Positions 39,401 through 51,400 of a DNA stretch of 64,000 nucleotides are shown here, in pieces. How positions within the stretch are numbered: the stretch's first letter is position 1; each line of letters begins with the position of its first letter. The notes below the pieces were generated by a model. That model saw only the letters and a list, made by a program, of their open reading frames with translations. It had not been told where the DNA came from and made no database searches. Source of the DNA: Macrostomum lignano (Eukaryota). The position numbers were made by a program, and so were the translations under genes. The stretch covers positions 29,949 through 93,948 of the forward strand of contig NIVC01003077.1 in the NCBI GenBank assembly GCA_002269645.1, read 5' to 3'.

Positions 39401-42400
39401 CGTTGGATATTAAAGTAGTTGATGAGAAAACGCTGACATTGAGCTGGTCTGCGCCAGACTCTGATGGTGGCTCTCCAATCAAATGGTACACAATGGAAAA
39501 GAAGGATGTTCATCGAACTTACTGGAGCAAGCAAGATCGGACTAATGGAGCTAATCCAACCATCACGATGTCCAATATCGTTCCGGGAGCAGAGTACATG
39601 TTTAAAGTAATCGCGGAGAACCAGATCGGACAGTCTGAGCCCCTGTTTGGTGGCTCTACTTTTGTGATGAAAAGCCCGTATGACAAGCCAAGCCGACCGG
39701 AAGGTCCTCTAGAGTGCGTCAAGGTGGAGAAGAACTTTGTTGACTTGAGATGGCGGCCACCAGCCTCTGATGGAGGAAGGCCAATTCAGTTTTATGCGCT
39801 TGAAGTTAAGGAAGTTGGAAGCGACACATACTGGACTGAAGTGACCACCATTCCAGCTCCAGATGTCACTCAGCGCGTGAAAAACCTGAGAGAAGGCCAT
39901 GCTTATCGATTTAGGGTTCGTGCCTGCAATAGCGAAGGCTTCAGTGATTGGCTGGAAACCGAAAAGTCAATCTCCGTGATGCGCGAGCCGACTCGTCCTG
40001 GACCGCCGACCGGGCCAATGCAGATTGAAAAGGTCGAGGATAACAAGGCAAAGCTGTCCTGGAATGCTCCGTTGGATGACGGTGGTACAGTTCTTATTGG
40101 CTACCGCGTTGAAGTGGCAACAAAGGATGCTTGGCAAACTGTCGAAAATACCGACGTTTACACTACGAAACTGACCACTGGCAAGCTGAAGGAGGACGTA
40201 CCCCATACATTCAGAGTGTTTGCAATCAACAAGGTTGGCGAAAGCACTCCGCTGCTGTCGGGGACATTTATTCCCGGGGCTCCAAATACGGTTCCTGGCC
40301 AGCCGCTGGGTCCGCTGACTGCGAAAAATCTGACATCTGATTCGATTCTTCTCAATTGGGATGCACCGACTCACACCGGAGGGCTGCCAGTCACAGGGTA
40401 CAAGGTGGAAAAGTACGACTTTGTTAAAAACACCTGGTCTGCTTGCCTAAGCACTCGAGCATCTCAGACCAGTGGCACTGTGTTTGGCCTCAAGCCTGGC
40501 GAAAAGTATATTTTCCGTGTGTCGGCCGAGAACGAAATGGGACGTGGCGAGCCGCTGGAAATGCATTCTAGTATCACCTGTTCAGCTCCCTTCTCTGTGC
40601 CCGCCACTCCACTGGGTCCGGTAATATTTTCAAATGTGACAGAGAGCTCGTTGGAGATGTCTTGGCAGCCGCCGGCTGAAGATGGTGGATCCGAAATAAA
40701 GAGCTACACCGTTCAGATGCGCTATCCCGGAAGTTCCGTGTGGCATCGAGTGAGCAAAGTTCCCGGTAGCCAGACATCGTGTAAGGTAACCAATCTGCTG
40801 ATAGGCAAGGAGTATATGTTCCGAGTTGCTGCTACGAACGAAGCCGGTACTGGTTCTTTCCTCGAGTCCGAGGCGGTCCAAATGGCTGAGCACGAAGATG
40901 ATGCTCCGCCGCCATGGTCAGTGAAAGTAATTGGAAAGACACCGACTACAGTAACAATCGAGTGGGCGATTCCTCACGACTGCTCGCACGGTCATGTGCT
41001 GCACATCGATGGCTACATGGTCTTCTTGAAGACTGCCGGATCGTCAGAAGCTGCTCAAGTAGCCTCCGTTGATCACTTCGTGACAAAAATGACAGTGTCT
41101 AACCTATCTAGCGGAAGACTTTACTATTTCGGTGTCGCTGCGTTTAATGCCCGCGGAATTGGCGAGACATGCTGGACTCAAGAGGCCACTGAACCCGAGT
41201 CAGTTTCGTCTGTTCCGAGTCCCCCAGTTGGGCCACTGACCGTATCCGACGTTGACTCTGACAGTTGCATTCTATCGTGGAAGCGATCAGCCGACGATGG
41301 CGGTGCACCAATCACAGGCTACAGAGTGTTCAAGAGGGAAGTGTTTCGTCGCAGTTGGCAAGAGATAGGAAAAGTGAGCCCGACAACTTTGGCATTTGAA
41401 GTGAAATACCTGATGGAGAATGTTACCTATGACTTCAAGATTTGCGCTGAAAACAAGAATGGTCTATCCGAGCCACTTGAGAATAGCCGAAATATTCTCA
41501 TCAAAAAGGGAACTAGTGCGCCTTCGCCACCGCAGGGTCCCTTAAAGCTTCGCGAATTAACAAAGAGTCAAGTGCTTCTGTCATGGAAGGAGCCGATCAA
41601 TCTTGGTGGCCTAAAGCTGAGCAAGTACATCGTGGAAATGAAAGATGACAAGGGCCACTCGTGGAGAACGGTCTGTGAGACCACTGATACCGAAGCTCTC
41701 GTTGATGGCATCAAGCCCGACGTTGGATACAACTTCAAAGTGTTTGCCGAGAACAGTGAAGGAAGAAGCATGCCGCTTATCAGTGATCACATCTACATGC
41801 AGCGCTCACAACGTGAGGCCCCGAAAGCATTCGATTTTAAAATGGACGAGAATAGCTGCTCCTTGGATCTCTTCTGGCAGCCCGTGAGCAGCACTGATGT
41901 TCTAGGTTACAAAATCGAGCGAATTGACTTGGACTCCGCAAGCATGTCATGGAATCAAGTTGACTTTGTTCAACCTGGAGTGCAAAATTTGTCTGTGTAC
42001 TCTAGCTTACCTGGAATACCATACAAGTACCGGATTTTGGCCGTTTATCCTCATGGCACGAGCATGCCAGTTGAGCTAAGTCACACAATCTGCTTTGCTC
42101 AGAAGGAGAAGCCGGCGCCAGTAGAGAAGTTCGCCATAACAGACATTGGAGACCGGCACATTGATCTGGCTTGGAAGGCTCCTCCTGAAGAAAGTGTCAA
42201 GGGATATCGCCTGGAAATCGAGGAGCCAAGTCGGAAGTACTGGCAACCAATTGCTGATTTACCGAAAGATGTCACGAAATTCAGCGTGACCAACATTTCG
42301 ACCAGAGAGCCGCAAACGTTCAGAATTTTCTCAGTCGGCGAGCGCGAAAGAGGAATTCCGCTTGACGTGTCGACACGTCCTCTTTTTGAGGGACCTCAAA

Positions 42401-45400
42401 GATCCTTTAATCTGTCGGAGATGCGCGGCGCAGAACTATCGGTGCTAGGCTATTCCGCAAAGTACTCAGGTCTGGAGAGGCAGCGGGACCTGGGGCTCGA
42501 AAAGCGCGTCCTTCCATACAGTGGAACGGCCTTCTTCAGTGGAAGGCCAAGTGATGAACCAATTTCAGATGTTGATCGAAGCCATATCGAGAAATCCTGG
42601 CTGCCATATAATCAGTCTGAATATATATCCACCAGCTCAGCGTTCGATGCCAGACTTGATGCCGACGTTATGCGTCGCCATACCACGGATGGCGAGCCTT
42701 CGTCTACTTTTGAGAGTGAGGCGGATTATGCAGCCAGAGTTTCAAAACAGGGCCTGTTGAAAGGTGTTCTAAATTACACTGGCCAAGAATACTTCACTGG
42801 AGAATCCACCTTCGATGCTAACAAGACTCTACAGGAGCATCGAATGAACAAACGAATGAAAGATGCGCTGAAAAGACCAAAAGAGAAGCCGATTCCAGAA
42901 GATGTTCCATCGCTGTCGGTCAGAGACTATGTTGGCAAGGACAAGGAGACTTCAATCAAAGAATTTGATGAGCCAATTGAGTTTCCCAGAAACAAGGCAC
43001 CAGACTATGCGCCAACGCCGAGCTCATTCACAAGATCAGAACCTCTTGGAGCATCTGCTTCACCAACTAAATCAAAGGATTACCTTCGAACAGATCAGTC
43101 AATTGAATCAGACGTACCGCTGTATCGAGACTACATCTTGGCACCTAGATCAGGTGCTGAGCAGAAGTCTGAGCTAGAGACACTAATGGAACGTTCTTCA
43201 AGGCCCCAGGATGAGATGGAAGAAAAATGGGGTGCCGGAGATGTTTTCGTACCACCTAAGCGGGTCTTTGAGGACGCTGAATTCGACTATCAGTTCGAAC
43301 GGCGTAGGTTGCCTGAGAGTGTTGACCAAACCTACTACGGTGATCGACAAACGACTCCTTCGAGTGGTCGATGGAGTTACAGGTCAAGCTCAGCATACGC
43401 GATGGGCGAAGTGAGGCCAGACGTTCCTGTATCTCCTATGAAAGTAAGAGATTTCACGCGGCCTCGAGAGAAACCCGAAATGAGGCGTAGCGTTTCCGTG
43501 GAAAGAGCGGAGTCCCCCTATCAGCGAGCTATTGAAGCTACGATCAGTCATTCGAGGAGGTCATTCTCTCCTTCACCAAGGCATCCAGCTTTGAGAGATT
43601 CAATATCGCCTGTATTTCAAAGGTTTGATCGAGACGTTCGAACACCGTTCTTCCAGCAAGATGTAAGACGACGTTACACTGACGCAGATGAGTACAATTT
43701 CCGGGACATTGAATATCCAAGTTATGACTACACATACAGGCCGGTGATTGTTTCTGAGATTGACTCACATCTGTCGGTTAGAAGGAAGAACTACTTGACG
43801 GACTTGGAGCATGACACAAGCCTAGACTTTATCGACCTTCGTCCGAGCCAACGCGATCATGCTCCCCTCTTTGAAGGTGCAGAGCGTGATAGCGAGGATT
43901 ATTTCCTGTCTAGAAAGTCTCCTCGACTGTCGGAGGTCGACATTGATGACCTTTCTGGTCGCAAGAGTGTAAGAATCAGCAATTACGATACAATTATTCC
44001 ATTCAGAAGGAGCTCGAAGGGTGAAGTTCTGACTGACCTGGCTCCTTATCGAAAACTAGTGACGCGAGATTCACACAGCCAACTGATTGACATTGAAATG
44101 CCGACTCGTCTCGTGCCAACCGAGATTGACAAATCCAGTGTGCTATTAACTTGGAGGCGACCAATCGATGTAACCAACTTGTCAAGCTATCGACTGGAAG
44201 AGTGGAACTCGAAAGATAAGACATGGAAAGAGCTAGCTTCATTGACACCAAGAACTACAGAGTATCGTGTGGCAAAGCTGGAGCCTGAGAGAGACTATCT
44301 ATTCAGAATTATTGCCGAAGACATTCACGGAAGATACAGCGCCCCTGTGACCCTCGATCGAGCAGTGAGACCGCTGGTTGAGGCTCAAGTCCCAGCAAAG
44401 CCATGGGGTCTGACAATCAGGCTAAACCAGGACCGCGTGGAATCAGAGTGGTTCAAGCCATTCCACGACGGTGGAGCACCTATACAAGCCTACAGGCTTG
44501 AGCTTGAGGACGTCAAAAAACGTACAAGAGTTCAACTGGATGATATTGACTCTTTCCGCACCCGCTACTTCCTCAGCAACTTGGACGATCAGGGACAGTA
44601 TCGCCTGCACCTCTATGCTGTCAACCGAGTTGGCACCAGTGAGCCGGTAACGTCCGACATTTTTGTGCCCCGTCGCCCCGTTGTTAAGCCGCCACCTCCG
44701 ACTGGACCATTGAAAGTCATCGAGGTCACCGACGACGCAGCGGTTATCGAGTGGAAACCACCAGAAATTCCGGTAACACAGAGGAGCCCCTCAGCACATG
44801 TTAGGGACTACCTAGTGGAAAAGTGGGACTCACGGTCAAAAGAGTGGACACCATTTAGAAAGATTCCGGCCACAGCTACATCAGTGAATGTGCCTTATTT
44901 GCTTGATGGCATTGATTATGCGTTCCGAGTGCGGTCAGAAAATGAAAGTGGAGTTAGTGAGCCGATTTCAACTCTGAGCTTCGTTCGACCACTGAAGGAG
45001 AAGCCACTACCGCCTAGTAGCCCCGCCGGTCCACTTCAAATCCAGGAAGTTGCTGGATCTTCTGTGAATCTATCGTGGAACCGCCCAGCATCAGCCACTG
45101 TGCCGGTGCACAGCTACGAAATTGACATCCGTCATCCTGGCCGCGACTGGAGGACAATTGGTCGTACCGATGCTTATACCCGAATCTACCGCGTTGAGAA
45201 TCTATCTCCGAGTCTGGAGTACAACTTCCGCGTTCGAGCTATCAACGACTTTGGCAGCAGTCCAGCTCTCAGTCTGCCTACGTCATACTTTTTGAAACCT
45301 CAAGTGCCGGAGATACCACGTGGTCCAATCAGATTTAACTTCCTGACTTCCGATGACATAGAACTGAGTTGGCAGCCTCCAGAGCACGACGAGAACGTTT

Positions 45401-48400
45401 CTGGTTATCAAATCTATATGCGTGAGCCGTACCAAAGTGACTGGAGACCAGTGGGATCTGTTGGCAGCGAGCGAACTCGTTACATTTACCGGGACACGCA
45501 GGATCGTGGTGACACTGTCATATTCCGTGTCAACGCCGAGAACGAAGTTGGCTACAGCAAGCCGCTGGTATCGTCGGCTATCACCGTGAGGAGGCCTCAG
45601 TTTAATTTTATTTCGACCGACGCGAGTAAGTTAAGCTTTAAAATATTTTTCATTAATTTTTATTAGAGTTCTACAGTCTAATCATGATTTTTAAATCCAT
45701 AAAAACTTACTTCTAGGTGATTCATACCGATTTGAACGCTACACGGAGCTTGAAAGTTACAAAAGCCGCCGACTATCGTCACTAGAGCGTTCAGTCAGTG
45801 TCACTGAGCGATTTGAGCGCTCGATGCCAAGGCAGTCGCCAGCTCCGTCAATTATCAAAATAACCGACATTGGCCCAACCTGGGTGTCACTTGAATGGAG
45901 AAATCCTCGTCTGACGATGGAGCCAGGCAGGGTGCGCATCGACAGTGTCGCAATCTTTTCAAGGCGACTTCCGGAACGGGAATGGAGAAAAATTGGAACC
46001 TACGATCTTTACCAAAACCGCTTGACAGTCTCCGATCTGGATAGGGAAGCTGAGTATGTGTTCGGAATCGCTGCAGTGTGCGGTCACCAGTACAGCGACA
46101 TCGTAGCTACGGATACAATTGCGTTAACGAGGGAGCGTCAGCTGTTACCACCAGGTCCCATCGGGCCATTGGTTTTGACTCCAGTCAATCGGGATTCTGT
46201 GCTCCTGAAGTGGAAACATCCACCTTACGATGCAAAATCGCCAGTTGATCGTTACGTTGTAGAGTACCGTGAGCCGTGGAGAACCTCTTGGGCTTTCTTA
46301 GCGGAGGTTCCCAAAAGTACAACTGAATATCGGGTACAAAATCTGGTCGAAGGAGAATCTTATGACTTCAAAGTCATCGCTATCAATGAGAAAGGACGTT
46401 CAGACGCGCTTAAAACTGAAACGCCGTACCGATTCATGACACCATACGACGTACCCGAAGCTCCAAGAAGCTTGTCGGCTATCGTTAGCGAGGATGCTAG
46501 CCATATCGCTAGCCTCTTTTGGAAGCCTCCGACAGACGATGGAGGTCTGCCAGTTGAGCGATTCATCATAGAGAGGCGCCTGCGAGGCCATTTCAACTGG
46601 GAGCCTGTGGCGAGCATTCCACCGCGGGCCACCCACTTGGAGATTCCAAACATCCCGGAAGGTGTTGGCGTTGAGTTCCGCGCTTTTGCTGTCAATTCTG
46701 AGGGGCGCAGCCCTCCGTCAATAATCTCAAATTTAATCGAGATTCCAGTCTCGATTAAGCCGCCGAGTGTACCCAGAGGCCCACTAGCGGTAAAATATTT
46801 TGATGATTCTTCATTCGAGCTTCGTTGGAGAGCGCCTGACGATATTGCTGAGAGACCAGTGGATCACTACTTCGTCGAGTACAAGCCTTTGTTTGGCGAC
46901 GTTAAGTTGGAGTGGAGGTATGTTGCGAAGGTACCAGCAAGCAGCCTGCACTATCTCGTGCCCTTCCCCGACACTGATGTGCCTCTGCTGTACCGAGTTT
47001 CTGCAGTGAACTCAGCTGGTCGAAGTGTGTATCTAACGTCTAAGACTTTCCAGCCCAGAGCTTTGGAAGACGAGGAATGGGAGGTGCCTAGAATTAGGAC
47101 CAAATTTCAGACTGAGCCGGGCTTCGGCCGATCGATCAAGTTGACATGGACAGCAGAAGAGGAACGCGAACCCATGGATTACTTGATCCAAGTCAGGCAA
47201 GAAGATCTCGATAAATGGGATACAGTTGGCTGCGTCCCGTCCACTACCGGTCACTTTGCAGTGAACGATTTGACCTGGATCGAAGAGGTTGAATCAGTCA
47301 GATTCAGAATCGCTCCGAAAACTTACAGACGAATCGGCGAATTCACGGAGTTCAACTTCGTTAACCCGTTCAGAGCCTCACTTGGGGCTAAGAGCGTCCC
47401 GATGATCACTGGATTCAGCGTTGCTAGCGTAACAGCAGAATCTGTCACGCTTCGATGGAGACGACCTGCCGTGCTGGATGAGACTATGGAATACATCATT
47501 GAGCAGTGGCATCCAATAACGATGAACTGGAAGATTGTCAAGAAAGTTAAGTACGCTGAAAACGAAGTAACGATTCGCAATTTAATCGAAGACGATCAGT
47601 ACCACTACAGAATCACTCTCGTTAGCAAGGACACTGTGGCTGGGCCGTACTATTTGTCGCAACCCGCCGTGCCGAAGCGCAAGGTTACAGCTCCTGAGCC
47701 ACCCTTCGCTTTCCACGTATCCCTGAGGACCGATCAGCGACTGAAGCTGTCTTGGATCAAATCCGTTTTGGATGGCGGTAGTCCAATTACTGGCTATAGA
47801 ATTGAAGTGCGCATGAACAGCGAAGACTGGTTGTTCCTTACTGAAGCTCACGCCTGGAAGACTGAGTACATTGCGTCTCAGCTTGAGCAGGGACACTATT
47901 ACACATTCAGAATTTACGCCGTAAACTCTGCCGGAAGCAGCGAGAGCGTCATCTCAGAGACAATATATCTTCCGTTCGAATCACCTGAGCCGCCCAAACT
48001 CGACGGACCGCTGCTAGTCGACTGGATCTACGAGTACGATCTGAAGTTCTACTGGGCCCCGCCGCCTCCGGGTTGCGTGTCCTACTATCGGCTTGAGTGG
48101 TACGATGTTGAAAAGAACCGGTGGAGCCTGTTTAAAGAGCTTTCCTCAGATTCGTCTGAGGCCGTGATTCGCCACACCGCTCGCCGATCGTCAACGGACA
48201 TCAGCCAGTACCGACTGGTGCCCTATTCCGGACAGACCCGTGGCGTTCCAACACTGCCGCTGCTGTCTAAGACACAAACTAAAAAGCAGCCGGGTCTGCC
48301 AGCCAGCCCTATTGGCCCACTTGTGTTCGAAAGAGTCAACATGGACACTTTCCGAACCACTTGGGAGCCGCCAACCATTGACGGTGGCTTTCCAATCAAA

Positions 48401-51400
48401 TCCTACGTAATAGAACAGCGCCTTGAAGGTCGCAGAGCTTGGCGTGAAGTGATGGAGGTCCCAAGCGACTGTCACTCAACCACCATTCGGCTTCGTGCTC
48501 CTGACTCGCCTGTGTCCATCCGGGTGTCGGCTCGAAACGATGTCGGTAATAGTGAGCCGCTGACTGCTGGGCAGGCTATTCTATTCGCCTCGCCGCAAGC
48601 ACCTCCAGCAGCACCAGCAGACTTTTCCGCTTTGCACATTGGAACTCACTCGTGCCTGCTGCGATGGAAGCCACCCGCTGTTGGGCCGTCGGTGCAGAAG
48701 TACATCATTGAAAAACAACAAGAAAATTCTGACCAGTGGGCACCAGTATTCACATCGAATGCCACAACTTACATTCATGAGCTGTCCGGTTTGGCCCCAT
48801 CGACTCAGTACAGGTTACGAATTAGGGCTGTCAATGAAGCTGGCGAAAGCCCACCGCAGGAGTTGGTCAATATTGTCGTTACCAAGGCTGTTAAAGAGCA
48901 TACACAGATTCGGCCCGCCCATAGCGTGGAAGTAAGTATTGTGGAGCTATCGTCCGTTCGAGTCACTTGGAAGCATGACACAGCACTGTCTGAAAGCGCC
49001 AAGTACATTGTTGAATACCGGACATTCAACTCGGACGGCTGGATTCGAGCTACCCGAGAGCCCATCGACGACAAGAAGTTTATTATCGACGGACTTCGCA
49101 TCGGACACCGCTACTCGTTCCGAGTTTTGACGGTCGACAAAAATGGCGAAAGCGTCGCATCAGAAGCTAGCTCCGAGCTGCTGATCGAAGAAGCAAAAGG
49201 TATGTTTTTTTTCAATTAAACCATTCGCTTTACACGAGATAATTACATGTTTCTGTTCGTTTACAACTTTTTTGATATCACTTAATTAACTTTAGAAATA
49301 GATAAGCCAGCCACGTTTGTGGACGTTCTGCCCAATCAGCTACAAGTGATGGAGGGCAAGACGCTGGACTTGAAAGTAAAGGTCGAAGGACAGCCTAAGC
49401 CAACTGTTCGTTGGTTCAAAAACTATCGTGAGCTGTACCATAGTCGCAGAGCTCGAATCGAAGAGCAGGGATCAATATACAAGCTTCAGCTGTCGGACAT
49501 TGGAACAGACGACAAAGGTGTGATTGAGTGCCGGATCAGCAACCTGCTTAGATGCGAAACGTCGCAGTGCAAAATTCAAGTAATCAGTAAGTTAAACTTT
49601 AAGTAACTACTGCGATCGCTTAAATTTATGTATAAAAATCTAAGAAGTCGTTCATTTTATTTTTTCTGCTCGTGAATTTCAGGCGAACCAAAAGTCAGCT
49701 CAAAGAATGATCGACCCGCCTATATGAAGCTTATTCGCGGTGATTCGCTCGTGATTAGAGCCACAGTCACAGGAACTCCGCAGCCAAAGATCCAGTGGTT
49801 CAAGGGCGATACTGAACTTGTTGCAGTGTCCCCAGTGTCAATTGAAAACACTGAGAAGGGTTCAGTGCTAACAGTGAGAAACGTGACAAAGTTGGACGCT
49901 GGGTTCTACAAGATCGTTCTGACAAACACGCACGGTCAGGACTCTGCAGTCTACCAAGTGGATGTATTAGACGCGCCAGGAGTTCCAAAGACCCCGATCC
50001 GCGCCTATCAGCACGAAGAAAAGGAGCTGACGCTGGAGTGGTCACCAAGCTCTGGAGAGGTCACACTTTACGTGATCGAGTCCATGAAAAAGGACAGCAC
50101 ACGCTGGCTTCGAGCAGGGACTTCTCCGAGGCCACTGTTTACTGTTCGCGGCCTGCAGGAGGGCGAATCCTACAAGTTCCGAATTGCCTCTGAGAACGCC
50201 TACGGAACAAGTGACTTTACCGAGGCATCCGACTGGTTCACTGTTAAGCATCCGGAATTCCACAACACCAACTACCAGGAGCAGGTCAGTAAAGTCAGAC
50301 TGTACAAGAATCAGCCGAATATCTACCACGGCAGCGTCGAGACCAAGTACATCGTTTGCGAAGAGCTAGGACGCGGTGGCTTCGGCGTTGTCTGCCGATT
50401 GATTGAAAAGACTAGCGGCCGAACTTGGGCCGGAAAATTTATCCCCAAGGCGGCACAGCGGCAGGAGGCTGTTCAACATGAAATCGATACCATGAGCGAG
50501 CTGCAACACGCCAGGCTGCTCTACCTGCACGAAGCCATCTTCTCCCGAACTGACACAGTTCTGGTGCTGGAATTGTAAGTGTTGCACGTTTATCCCATTT
50601 TAAACACTACTTTTCAACTGACATAGCTCTAAGTGAATGTCACCAATCATATTCTAGCATTGCCGGTGGTGATCTATTTGACAAGTACGTGGATTCTAAC
50701 TACTCAGTGACGGAGCGAACGCTTAGCTCTACCGTCAGGCAGGTTTGCGAAGGTCTAGACTTCATGCACCGCAAAAACTACGTGCATATGGATGTTAAGG
50801 TGCGCAAAAACGAACTCTTGCGTTTTAATTGTTATTAATAATAGATCGGAGTATATTTCATTAATGCTCGAATTGTAATTTTAGCCCGAAAACGTGATGT
50901 TCGTTTCAACCAGCGGATCAGACTGCAAACTGATCGACTTTGGCCTTAGCCAACGTCTCGAGCAGGGTCGCAGCTTCACCGCCAACTTTGGCTCCCTGGA
51001 GTATCTGTCGCCAGAGATGGTCAGCAAAGAACCTTGCGGCTGCTCAACCGATCTGTGGGCGCTTGGCGTGCTCTGCCACATCATGCTGACTGGGCTGGCT
51101 CCATTCGGTGGTGAAGCAGTACAGCAACGCTTCCAGGCTATTCGGGACTGCAAATTCAGCTTTGACAGCGAGATGTGGGCCCACGTTTCCGACACAGCTA
51201 AAGATTTCATTGCGCGACTTATCGTGGCGTTGCCAACACAGCGGATGACAGCTGAGCAGTGCCTGAACCATCCCTGGCTCAACATGTCACCACGTGAGGA
51301 GCGCTTCGACGTCCGTCTGCATCCAATTTCGCTTCGCCAGAGAATCGCCGAGAGCCGCCGTTTCCGCGAGACCGTGCTGCCAATCGGGCGGCTGGCGCAT

